A stretch of DNA of 64,000 bases from assembly GCF_009914755.1 (NCBI RefSeq), contig NC_060947.1. One strand, 5' to 3'. Positions 35,363 through 48,197 of this stretch are shown in pieces (the stretch's first letter is position 1; each line of letters opens with the position of its first letter). The translations under genes and the position numbers were made by a program. Below the pieces are notes generated by a model. That model ran no database searches and was not told the origin of the DNA. It saw nothing but the letters and a program-made list of their open reading frames with translations. Source of the stretch: the human T2T-CHM13v2.0 reference genome, Homo sapiens.

Positions 35363-38270
35363 GGATCCCACAGAAAGAGTGTTTCGAAACTGCTGTCTCA
35401 AAAGGAATCTTCAACTCTGTGAGTTGAATGCAATCATCACAAAGAAGTTTCTGACAATGCTTCTCTCTCGTCTTTCTGTGAAGATAAAGGAAAAGGCTTT
35501 CAGGCCTTTTCCACCACAGGCCTGAAAGCGCTCCAAATGTCCACTTGCAGATTCTGCCAAAAGAATATTTCAAAACTGCTCTATGAAAAGCAATGTTAAA
35601 CTCTGCGGCTCAAACACAAACATCACAAAGCAGTTTCTGAGAATGCTTCAGTTTAGTTTTTCTGTGGAAATATTCCCGTTTCCAAAGAAATCTTCAAAGA
35701 GGTCCACATATCCACTTACAGATTCTACAAAAAGACAGTTTCAAAACTGCTCAATCAAAAGGAGGGTTCAACTGTGTGACTTGAATGCAATCATCACTCA
35801 GAAGTTTCTGAGAATGCTTCTCTTTAGTTTTTACGTGAACATATACCCGTTTCGAACGAAGGCCACCCAGTGGTCCAAATATCCACTTGCAGATTCTACA
35901 GAAAGAGTGTTTCGAACCTGAACTCTCAAAGGCAGGTTCATCTCTGCGAGTTAAATGCATTCGTCATGAAGAACTTTCTCAGCGTGTTTGTGTTTAGTTA
36001 TGGGAAATTATTCCCTTTCCCAACGAAATCCTCAGAGAGGTCCAAATGTCCGCCTGCAGATTCTACCAAAAGTGTATTTGGAAACTGCTCCATCAACAGG
36101 CATGTTCAGCTCTGTGAGTGAAACTCCATCATCACAAAGAATATTCTGAGAATGCTTCCGTTTGCCTTTTATATGAAGTTGCTTCCTATACGACCGTAGT
36201 CCTCAAAGCAGTCCAAATCTCCATTTGCAGATTCTACAAAAAGAGTGATTCCAATCTGCTCTATCAATAGGATTGTTCAACTCCATGAGTTGAATGCCAT
36301 CCTCACAAAGTCGTTTCTGAGAATGCTTCTATCTAGTTTTTATGTGAAGATATTTCCTTTTCCACCACAGGCCTCAAAGCCCTCCAAACGTCCACTTGCA
36401 GATTCTCGAAAAAGAGTGTTTCATAGCTGCTCTTTCAAAAGGAAAGTTCAACTCTGGGAGTTGAATACAAACATCACAAAGTAGTTTCCGAGAATGCTTC
36501 TGTTTAGTTCTTATGTGAAGATGATCCCGTTTCCAGTGAAATCTTCAAAGAGGTCCACATATCCCCTTGCAGATTCCAAAGAAAGAGGGTTTCAAAACTG
36601 CTCCATCAAAAGGATTGTTCAACTCTGTGAGTTGAATGCAGTCATCGCAGAAAACATTCTGAGAATGCTTCTGTCTAGGTTTGATGTGAAGATATAGACG
36701 TTTCAAACGAAGGCTACAAATTGGTCAAAATATACACTTGCAGATTCTACTACAAGGGTGTTGCAAACCTGAACTATCAAAGGAAGGTTCAACTCTGTGA
36801 GTTGAATACAAACATCACAAAGAATGTTCTGAATTTGCTTCCGTTCAGTTATGGGAAGTTGATCCCGTTCCCAACGAAATCCTCAGAGAGGTCCAAATAT
36901 CCCCTTGCAGATTCTACAAAACGTGTGTTTGGAAACTGCTCCATCATAACGAATGTTCAGCTCTCTGAGTGAAACTCCATCATCACAAAGAATATTCTGA
37001 GAATGCTTCCGTTTGCCTTTTATATGAAGTTCCTTCCTATACGACCGTAGGCCTCAAAGCAGTCCAAATCTCCATTTGCAGATTCTACAAAAAGAGTGAT
37101 TCCAATCTGCTCTATCAATAGGATTGTTCAACTCCATGAGTTGAATGCCATCCTCACAAAGTCGTTTCTGAGAATGCTTCTATCTAGTTTTTATGTGAAG
37201 ATATTTCCTTTTCCACCACAGGCCTCAAAGCCCTCCAAACGTCCACTTGCAGATTCTCGAAAAAGAGTGTTTCATAGCTGCTCTTTCAAAAGGAAAGTTC
37301 AACTCTGGGAGTTGAATACAAACGTCACAAAGTAGTTTCCGAGAATGCTTCTGTTTAGTTCTTATGTGAAGATGATCCCGTTTCCAGTGAAATCTTCAAA
37401 GAGGTCCACATATCCCCTTGCAGATTCCAAAGAAAGAGGGTTTCAAAACTGCTCCATCAAAAGGATTGTTCAACTCTGTGAGTGGAATGCAGTCATCACA
37501 GAAAACTTTCTGAGAATGCTTCTGTCTAGGTTTGATGTGAAGATATAGACGTTTCAAACGAAGGCTACAAAGTGGGCAAAACATACACTTGCAGATTCTA
37601 CTACAAGGGTGTTGCAAACCTGAACTATCAAAGGAAGGTTCAACTGTGTGAGTTGAATACAAACATCACAAAGAATGTTCTGAGTTTGCTTCCGTTCAGT
37701 TATGGGAAGTTGATCCCGTTCCCAACGAAATCCTCAGAGAGGTCCAAATATCCCCTTGCAGATTCTACAAAACGTGTGTTTGGAAACTGCTCCATCATAA
37801 CGAATGTTCAGCTCTCTGAGTTAAACTCCATCGTCACAAAGAATTTTCTGAGAGTGCTTCCGTCTAGTTTTTATATGAAGTTCTTTCCTTTACTACCACA
37901 GGCCTCAAAGCGGTCCAAATCTCCACTTGCAGATTCTACAAAAAGAGTGTCTGCAAACTGCTCTATCAAAAGGAATGTTCAACTCTGGGAGTTGAATGCA
38001 ATCATCACAGAGCAGTTTCTGAGAATGCTTCTATGTCGTTTTTAGGAGAAGATATTTCCTTTTCCAACACAGTCCTCCAAGCCCGCTAAATATCCACTTG
38101 CACATTGTAGAAAAAGTGTGTCGAAGCTGCGCTATCAAAGGGAAAGTTCAACTCTGTGAGGTGAATGCAAACATCCCAAAGAAGTTTCTGAGAATGCTTC
38201 CGTTTAGCTTTTAGGTGAAGATTATCCCGTTTGCAACAAAATCTTCAAAGAGGTCCAAATATCCCCTTGC
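35363..38270 (-). repeat. 17-monomer variant HOR #1 (2908 bp; 851-bp five-monomer duplication 36120-36970 / 36971-37821)
   Basis: BamHI sites at 35363 and 38271 are 2908 = 2057+851 bp apart. The hybrid junction ctctCtgagt|Gaaactccatcatc lies at 36966-36971. Confidence 0.93.
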
Positions 38271-41178
38271 GGATCCCACAGAAAGAGTGTTTCGAAACTG
38301 CTGTTTCAAAAGGAATCTTCAACTCTGTGAGTTGAATGCAATCATCACAAAGAAGTTTCTGACAATGCTTCTCTCTCGTCTTTCTGTGAAGATAAAGGAA
38401 AAGGCTTTCAGGCCTTTTCCACCACAGGCCTGAAAGCGCTCCAAATGTCCACTTGCAGATTCTGCCAAAAGAATATTTCAAAACTGCTCTATGAAAAGCA
38501 ATGTTAAACTCTGCGGCTCGAACACAAACATCACAAAGCAGTTTCTGAGAATGCTTCAGTTTAGTTTTTCTGTGGAAATATTCCCGTTTCCAAAGAAATC
38601 TTCAAAGAGGTCCACGTATCCACTTACAGATTCTACAAAAAGACAGTTTCAAAACTGCTCAATCAAAAGGAGGGTTCAACTGTGTGACTTGAATGCAATC
38701 ATCACTCAGAAGTTTCTGAGAATGCTTCTCTTTAGTTTTTACGTGAACATATACCCGTTTGGAACGAAGGCCACCCAGTGGTCCAAATATCCACTTGCAG
38801 ATTCTACAGAAAGAGTGTTTCGAACCTGAACTCTCAAAGGCAGGTTCATCTCTGCGAGTTAAATGCATTCGTCATGAAGAACTTTCTCAGCGTGTTTGTG
38901 TTTAGTTATGGGAAATTATTCCCGTTCCCAACGAAATCCTCAGAGAGGTCCAAATGTCCGCCTGCAGTTTCTACCATAAGAGTATTTCGAAACTGCTCCA
39001 TCAACAGGCATGTTCAGCTCTGTGAGTGAAACTCCATCATCACAAAGAATATTCTGAGAATGCTTCCGTTTGCCTTTTATATGAAGTTCCTTCCTATACG
39101 ACCGTAGGCCTCAAAGCAGTCCAAATCTCCATTTGCAGATTCTACAAAAAGAGTGATTCCAATCTGCTCTATCAATAGGATTGTTCAACTCCATGAGTTG
39201 AATGCCATCCTCACAAAGTCGTTTCTGAGAATGCTTCTATCTAGTTTTTATGTGAAGATATTTCCTTTTCCACCACAGGCCTCAAAGCCCTCCAAACGTC
39301 CACTTGCAGATTCTCGAAAAAGAGTGTTTCATAGTTGCTCTTTCAAAAGGAAAGTTCAACTCTGGGAGTTGAATACAAACATCACAAAGTAGTTTCCGAG
39401 AATGCTTCTGTTTAGTTCTTATGTGAAGATGATCCCGTTTCCAGTGAAATCTTCAAAGAGGTCCACATATCCCCTTGCAGATTCCAAAGAAAGAGGGTTT
39501 CAAAACTGCTCCATCAAAAGGATTGTTCAACTCTGTGAGTGGAATGCAGTCATCGCAGAAAACTTTCTGAGAATGCTTCTGTCTAGGTTTGATGTGAAGA
39601 TATAGACGTTTCAAACGAAGGCTACAAAGTGGTCAAAATATACACTTGCAGATTCTACTACAAGGGTGTTGCAAACCTGAACTATCAAAGGAAGGTTCAA
39701 CTCTATGAGTTGAATACAAACATCACAAAGAATGTTCTGAATTTGCTTCCGTTCAGTTATGGGAAGTTGATCCCGTTCCCAACGAAATCCTCAGAGAGGT
39801 CCAAATATCCCCTTGCAGATTCTACAAAACGTGTGTTTGGAAACTGCTCCATCATAACGAATGTTCAGCTCTCTGAGTGAAACTCCATCATCACAAAGAA
39901 TATTCTGAGAATGCTTCCTTTTGCCTTTTATATGAAGTTCCTTCCTATACGACCGTAGACCTCAAAGCAGTCCAAATCTCCATTTGCAGATTCTACAAAA
40001 AGAGTGATTCCAATCTGCTCTATCAATAGGATTGTTCAACTCCATGAGTTGAATGCCATCCTCACAAAGTCGTTTCTGAGAATGCTTCTATCTAGTTTTT
40101 ATGTGAAGATATTTCCTTTTCCACCACAGGCCTCAAAGCCCTCCAAACGTCCACTTGCAGATTCTCGAAAAAGAGTGTTTCATAGCTGCTCTTTCAAAAG
40201 GAAAGTTCAACTCTGGGAGTTGAATACAAACATCACAAAGTAGTTTCCGAGAATGCTTCTGTTTCGTTCTTATGTGAAGATGATCCCGTTTCCAGTGAAA
40301 TCTTCAAAGAGGTCCACATATCCCCTTGCAGATTCCAAAGAAAGAGGGTTTCAAAACTGCTCCATCAAAAGGATTGTTCAACTCTGTGAGTTGAATGCAG
40401 TCATCGCAGAAAACTTTCTGAGAATGCTTCTGTCTAGGTTTGATGTGAAGGTATAGACGTTTCAAACGAAGGCTACAAAGTGGTCAAAATATACACTTGC
40501 AGATTCTACTACAAGGGTGTTGCAAACCTGAACTATCAAAGGAAGGTTCAACTCTGTGAGTTGAATACAAACATCGCAAAGAATGTTCTGAGTTTGCTTC
40601 CGTTCAGTTATGGGAAGTTGATCCCGTTCCCAACGAAATCCTCAGAGAGGTCCAAATATCCCCTTGCAGATTCTACAAAACGTGTGTTTGGAAACTGCTC
40701 CATCATAACGAATGTTCAGCTCTCTGAGTTAAACTCCATCGTCACAAAGAATTTTCTGAGAGTGCTACCGTCTAGTTTTTATATGAAGTTCTTTCCTTTA
40801 CTACCACAGGCCTCAAAGCGGTCCAAATCTCCACTTGCAGATTCTACAAAAAGAGTGTCTGCAAACTGCTCTATCAAAAGGAATGTTCAACTCTGGGAGT
40901 TGAATGCAATCATCACAGAGCAGTTTCTGAGAATGCTTCTATGTCGTTTTTAGGAGAAGATATTTCCTTTTCCAACACAGTCCTCCAAGCCCGCTAAATA
41001 TCCACTTGCACATTGTAGAAAAAGTGTGTCGAAGCTGCGCTATCAAAGGGAAAGTTCAAATCTGTGAGGTGAATGCAAACATCCCAAAGAAGTTTCTGAG
41101 AATGCTTCCGTTTAGCTTTTAGTTGAAGATTATCCCGTTTCCAACGAAATCTTCACAGAGGTCCAAATATCCCCTTGC
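38271..41178 (-). repeat. 17-monomer variant HOR #2 (2908 bp)
   Basis: BamHI 38271->41179, with the same hybrid junction at ~39874-39879. Confidence 0.93.
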
Positions 41179-44083
41179 GGATCCCACAGAAAGAGTGTTT
41201 CGAAACTGCTGTTTCAAAAGGAATCTTCAACTCTGTGAGTTGAATGCAATCATCACAAAGAAGTTTCTGACAAAGCTTCTCTCTCGTCTTTCTGTGAAGA
41301 TAAAGAAAAGGCTTTCAGGCCTTTGCCACCACAGGCCTGAAAGCGCTCCAAATGTCCACTTGCAGATTCTGCCAAAAGAATATTTCAAAACTGCTCTATG
41401 AAAAGCAATGTTAAACTCTGCGGCTCGAACACAAACATCACAAAGCAGCTTCTGAGAATGCTTCAGTTTAGTTTTTCTGTGGAAATATTCCCGTTTCCAA
41501 AGAAATCTTCAAAGAGGTCCACGTATCCACTTACAGATTCTACAAAAAGACAGTTTCAAAACTGCTCAATCAAAAGGAGTGTTCAACTGTGTGACTTGAA
41601 TGCAATCATCACTCAGAAGTTTCTGAGAATGCTTCTCTTTAGTTTTTACGTGAACATATACCCGTTTCGAACGAAGGCCACCCAGTGGTCCAAATATCCA
41701 CTTGCAGAATCTACAGAAAGAGTGTTTCGAACCTGAACTCTCAAAGGCAGGTTCATCTCTGCGAGTTAAATGCATTCATCATGAAGAACTTTCTCAGCGT
41801 GTTTGTGTTTAGTTATGGGAAATTATTCCCGTTCCCAACGAAATCCTCAGAGAGGTCCAAATGTCCACCTGCAGATTCTACCAAAAGTGTATTTGGAAAC
41901 TGCTCCATCAACAGGCATGTTCAGCTCTGTGAGTGAAACTCCATCATCACAAAGAATATTCTGAGAATGCTTCCGTTTGCCTTTTCTATGAAGTTCCTTC
42001 CTATACGACCGTAGGCCTCAAAGCAGTCCAACTCCATTTGCAGATTCTACAAAAAGAGTGATTCCAATCTGCTCTATCAATAGGATTGTTCAACTCCATG
42101 AGTTGAATGCCATCCTCACAAAGTCGTTTCTGAGAATGCTTCTATCTAGTTTTTATGTGAAGATATTTCCTTTTCCACCACAGGTCTCAAAGCCCTCCAA
42201 ACGTCCACTTGCAGATTCTCGAAAAAGAGTGTTTCATAGCTGCTCTTTCAAAATGAAAGTTCAACTCTGGGAGTTGAATACAAACATCACAAAGTAGTTT
42301 CCGAGAATGCTTCTGTTTAGTTCTTATGTGAAGATGATCCCGTTTCCAGTGAAATCTTCAAAGAGGTCCACATATCCCCTTGCAGATTCCAAAGAAAGAG
42401 GGTTTCAAAACTGCTCCATCAAAAGGATTGTTCAACTCTGTGAGTTGAATGCAGTCATCGCAGAAAACTTTCTGAGAATGCTTCTGTCTAGGTTGGATGT
42501 GAAGATATAGACGTTTCAAACGAAGGCTACAAAGTGGTCAAAATATACACTTGCAGATTCTACTACAAGGGTGTTGCAAACCTGAACAATCAAAGGAAGG
42601 TTCAACTCTGTGAGTTGAATACAAACATCACAAAGAATGTTCTGAATTTGCTTCCGTTCAGTTATGGGAAGTTGATCCCGTTCCCAACGAAATCCTCAGA
42701 GAGGTCCAAATATCCCCTTGCAGATTCTACAAAACGTGTGTTTGGAAACTGCTCCATCATAACGAATCTTCAGCTCTCTGAGTGAAACTCCATCATCACA
42801 AAGAATATTCTGAGAATGCTTCCGTTTGCCTTTTATATGAAGTTCCTTCCTATACGACCGTAGGCCTCAAAGCAGTCCAAATCTCCATTTGCAGATTCTA
42901 CAAAAAGAGTGATTCCAATCTGCTCTATCAATAGGATTGTTCAACTCCATGAGTTGAATGCCATCCTCACAAAGTCGTTTCTGAGAATGCTTCTATCTAG
43001 TTTTTATGTGAAGATATTTCCTTTTCCACCACAGGCCTCAAAGCCCTCCAAACGTCCACTTGCAGATTCTCGAAAAAGAGTGTTTCATAGCTGCTCTTTC
43101 AAAAGGAAAGTTCAACTCTGGGAGTTGAATACAAACATCACAAAGTAGTTTCCGAGAATGCTTCTGTTTAGTTCTTATGTGAAGATGATCCCGTTTCCAG
43201 TGAAATCTTCAAAGAGGTCCACATATCCCCTTGCAGATTCCAAAGAAAGAGGGTTTCAAAACTGCTCCATCAAAAGGATTGTTCAACTCTGTGAGTTGAA
43301 TGCAGTCATCGCAGAAAACTTTCTGAGAATGCTTCTGTCTAGGTTTGATGTGAAGGTATAGACGTTTCAAACGAAGGCTACAAAGTGGTCAAAATATACA
43401 CTTGCAGATTCTACTACAAGGGTGTTGCAAACCTGAACTATCAAAGGAAGGTTCAACTCTGTGAGTTGAATACAAACATCGCAAAGAATGTTCTGAGTTT
43501 GCTTCCGTTCAGTTATGGGAAGTTGATCCCGTTCCCAACGAAATCCTCAGAGAGGTCCAAATATCCCCTTGCAGATTCTACAAAACGTGTGTTTGGAAAC
43601 TGCTCCATCATAACGAATGTTCAGCTCTCTGAGTTAAACTCCATCGTCACAAAGAATTTTCTGAGAGTGCTACCGTCTAGTTTTTATATGAAGTTCTTTC
43701 CTTTACTACCACAGGCCTCAAAGCGGTCCAAATCTCCACTTGCAGATTCTACAAAAAGAGTGTTTGCAAACTGCTCTATCAAAAGGAATGTTCAACTCTG
43801 GGAGTTGAATGCAATCATCACAGAGCAGTTTCTGAGAATGCTTCTATGTCGTTTTTAGGAGAAGATATTTCCTTTTCCAACACAGTCCTCCAAGCCCGCT
43901 AAATATCCACTTGCACATTGTAGAAAAAGTGTGTCGAAGCTGCACTATCAAAGGGAAAGTTCAAATCTGTGAGGTGAATGCAAACATCCCAAAGAAGTTT
44001 CTGAGAATGCTTCCGTTTAGCTTTTAGTTGAAGATTATCCCGTTTCCAACGAAATCTTCAAAGAGGTCCAAATATCCCCTTGC
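41179..44083 (-). repeat. 17-monomer variant HOR #3 (2905 bp; 1-bp and 2-bp deletions)
   Basis: BamHI 41179->44084, junction at ~42779-42784. Small deletions at ~41305 (taaag-aaaag) and ~42030 (gtccaa--actcc). Confidence 0.92.
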
Positions 44084-47000
44084 GGATCCCACAGAAAGAG
44101 TGTTTCGAAACTGCTGTTTCAAAAGGAATCTTCAACTCTGTGAGTTGAATGCAATCATCACAAAGAAGTTTCTGACAAAGCTTCTCTCTCGTCTTTCTGT
44201 GAAGATAAAGGAAAAGGCTTTCAGGCCTTTGCCACCACAGGCCTGAAAGCGCTCCAAATGTCCACTTGCAGATTCTGCCAAAAGAATATTTCAAAACTGC
44301 TCTATGAAAAGCAATGTTAAACTCTGCGGCTCGAACACAAACATCACAAAGCAGTTTCTGAGAATGCTTCAGTTTAGTTTTTCTGTGGAAATATTCCCGT
44401 TTCCAAAGAAATCTTCAAAGAGGTCCACGTATCCACTTACAGATTCTACAAAAAGACACTTTCAAAACTGCTCAATCAAAAGGAGTGTTCAACTGTGTGA
44501 CTTGAATGCAATCATCACTCAGAAGTTTCTGAGAATGCTTCTCTTTAGTTTTTACGTGAACATATACCCGTTTCGAACGAAGGCCACCCAGTGGTCCAAA
44601 TATCCACTTGCAGAATCTACAGAAAGAGTGTTTCGAACCTGAACTCTCAAAGGCAGGTTCATCTCTGCGAGTTAAATGCATTCATCATGAAGAACTTTCT
44701 CAGCGTGTTTGTGTTTAGTTATGGGAAATTATTCCCGTTCCCAACGAAATCCTCAGAGAGGTCCAAATGTCCACCTGCAGATTCTACCAAAAGTGTATTT
44801 GGAAACTGCTCCATCAACAGGCATGTTCAGCTCTGTGAGTGAAACTCCATCATCACAAAGAATATTCTGAGAATGCTTCCGTTTGCCTTTTCTATGAAGT
44901 TCCTTCCTATACGACCGTAGGCCTCAAAGCAGTCCAAATCTCCATTTGCAGATTCTACAAAAAGAGTGATTCCAATCTGCTCTATCAATAGGATTGTTCA
45001 ACTCCATGAGTTGAATGCCATCCTCACAAAGTCGTTTCTGAGAATGCTTCTATCTAGTTTTTATGTGAAGATATTTCCTTTTCCACCACAGGTCTCAAAG
45101 CCCTCCAAACGTCCACTTGCAGATTCTCGAAAAAGAGTGTTTCATAGCTGCTCTTTCAAAAGGAAAGTTCAACTCTGGGAGTTGAATACAAACATCACAA
45201 AGTAGTTTCCGAGAATGCTTCTGTTTAGTTCTTATGTGAAGATGATCCCGTTTCCAGTGAAATCTTCAAAGAGGTCCACATATCCCCTTGCAGATTCCAA
45301 AGAAAGAGGGTTTCAAAACTGCTCCATCAAAAGGATTGTTCAACTCTGTGAGTTGAATGCAGTCATCGCAGAAAACTTTCTGAGAATGCTTCTGTCTAGG
45401 TTTGATGTGAAGATATAGACGTTTCAAACGAAGGCTACAAAGTGGTGAAAATATACACTTGCAGATTCTACTACAAGGGTGTTGCAAACCTGAACTATCA
45501 AAGGAAGGTTCAACTCTGTGAGTTGAATACAAACATCGCAAAGAATGTTCTGAGTTTGCTTCCGTTCAGTTATGGGAAGTTGATCCCCTTCCCAACGAAA
45601 TCCTCTGAGAGGTCCAAATATCCCCTTGCAGATTCTACAAAACGTGTGTTTGGAAACTGCTCCATCATAACGAATGTTCAGCTCTCTGAGTTAAACTCCA
45701 TCGTCACAAAGAATTTTCTGAGAGTGCTACCGTCTAGTTTTTATATGAAGTTCTTTCCTTTACTACCACAGGCCTCAAAGCGGTCCAAATCTCCACTTGC
45801 AGATTCTACAAAAACAGTGTCTGCAAACTGCTCTATCAAAAGGAATGTTCAACTCTGGGAGTTGAATGCAATCATCACAGAGCATTTGCTGAGAATGCTT
45901 CTATGTCGTTTTTAGGAGAAGATATTTCCTTTTCCAACACAGTCCTCCAAGCCCGCTAAATATCCACTTGCACATTGTAGAAAAAGTGTGTCGAAGCTGC
46001 GCTATCAAAGGGAAAGTTCAACTCTGTGAGGTGAATGCAAACATCCCAAAGAAGTTTCTGAGAATGCTTCCGTTTAGCTTTTAGGTGAAGATTATCCCGT
46101 TTCCAACGAAATCTTCACAGAGGTCCAAATATCCCCTTGCGGATCCCACAGAAAGAGTGTTTCGAAACTGCTGTTTCAAAAGGAATCTTCAACTCTGTGA
46201 GTTGAATGCAATCATCACAAAGAAGTTTCTGACAATGCTTCTCTCTCGTCTTTCTGTTAAGATAAAGGAAAAGGCTTTCAGGCCTTTTCCACCACAGGCC
46301 TGAAAGCGCTCCAAATGTCCACTTGCAGATTCTGCCAAAAGAATATTTCAAAACTGCTCTATGAAAAGCAATGTTAAACTCTGCTGCTCGAACACAAACA
46401 TCACAAAGCAGTTTCTGAGAATGCTTCAGTTTAGTTTTTCTGTGGAAATATTCCCGTTTCCAAAGAAATCTTCAAAGAGGTCCACGTATCCACTTACAGA
46501 TTCTACAAAAAGACAGTTTCAAAACTGCTCAATCAAAAGGAGGGTTCAACTGTGTGACTTGAATGCAATCATCACTCAGAAGTTTCTGAGAATGCTTCTC
46601 TTTAGTTTTTACGTGAATATATACCCGTTTCGAACGAAGGCCACACAGTGGTCCAAATATCCACTTGCAGATTCTACAGAAAGAGTGTTTCGAACCTGAA
46701 CTCTCAAAGGCAGGTTCATCTCTGCGAGTTAAATGCATTCGTCATGAAGAACTTTCTCAGCGTGTTTGTGTTTAGTTATGGGAAATTATTCCCGTTCCCA
46801 ACGAAATCCTCAGAGAGGTCCAAATGTCCGCCTGCAGATTCTACCAAAAGTGTATTTGGAAACAGCTCCATCAACAGGCATGTTCAGCTCTGTGAGTGAA
46901 ACTCCATCATCACAAAGAATATTCTGAGAATGCTTCCTTTTACCTTTTATATGAAGTTCCTTCCTATACGACCGTAGGCCTCAAAGCAGTCCAAATCTCC

Positions 47001-48197
47001 ATTTGCAGATTCTACAAAAAGAGTGATTCCAATCTGCTCTATCAATAGGATTGTTCAACTCCATGAGTTGAATGCCATCCTCACAAAGTCGTTTCTGAGA
47101 ATGCTTCTATCTAGTTTTTATGTGAAGATATTTCCTTTTCCACCACAGGCCTCAAAGCCCTCCAAACGTCCACTTGCAGATTCTCAAAAAAGAGTGTTTC
47201 ATAGCTGCTCTTTCAAAAGGAAAGTTCAACTCTGGGAGTTGAATACAAACATCACAAAGTAGTTTCCGAGAATGCTTCTGTTTAGTTCTTATGTGAAGAT
47301 GATCCCGTTTCCAGTGAAATCTTCAAAGAGGTCCTCATATCCCCTTGCAGATTCCAAAGAAAGAGGGTTTCAAAACTGCTCCATCAAAAGGATTGTTCAA
47401 CTCTGTGAGTGGAATGCAGTCATCGCAGAAAACTTTCTGAGAATGCTTCTGTCTAGGTTTGATGTGAAGATATACACGTTTCAAACGAAGGCTACAAAGT
47501 GGTCAAAATATACACTTGCAGATTCTACTACAAGGGTGTGGCAAACCTGAACTATCAAAGGAAGGTTCAACTCTGTGAGTTGAATACAAACATCACAAAG
47601 AATGTTCTGAGTTTGCTTCCGTTCAGTTATGGGAAGTTGATCCCGTTCCCAACGAAATCCTCAGAGAGGTCCAAATATCCCCTTGCAGATTCTACAAAAC
47701 GTGTGTTTGGAAACTGCTCCATCATAACGAATGTTCAGCTCTCTGAGTTAAACTCCATCGTCACAAAGAATTTTCTGAGAGTGCTACCGTCTAGTTTTTA
47801 TATGAAGTTATTTCCTTTACTACCACAGGCCTCAAAGCGGTCCAAATCTCCACTTGCAGATTCTACAAAAAGAGTGTCTGCAAACTGCTCTATCAAAAGG
47901 AATGTTCAACTCTGGGAGTTGAATGCAATCATCACAGAGCAGTTTCTCAGAATGCTTCTACGTCGTTTTTAGGAGAAGATATTTCCTTTACCAACACAGT
48001 CCTCCAAGCCCGCTAAATATCCACTTGCACATTGTAGAAAAAGTGTGTCGAAGCTGCGCTATCAAAGGGAAAGTTCAACTCTGTGAGGTGAATGCAAACA
48101 TCCCAAAGAAGTTTCTGAGAATGCTTCCGTTTAGCTTTTAGGTGAAGATTATCCCGTTTCCAACGAAATCTTCAAAGAGGTCCAAATATCCCCTTGC

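Noticed and set aside
36120-37821. 851-bp pentamer repeat as an inserted D11Z1-like or other SF3 array segment
   Set aside because: Both copies are near-identical to the resident monomers of this 12-mer HOR, so this is an internal duplication rather than foreign satellite.
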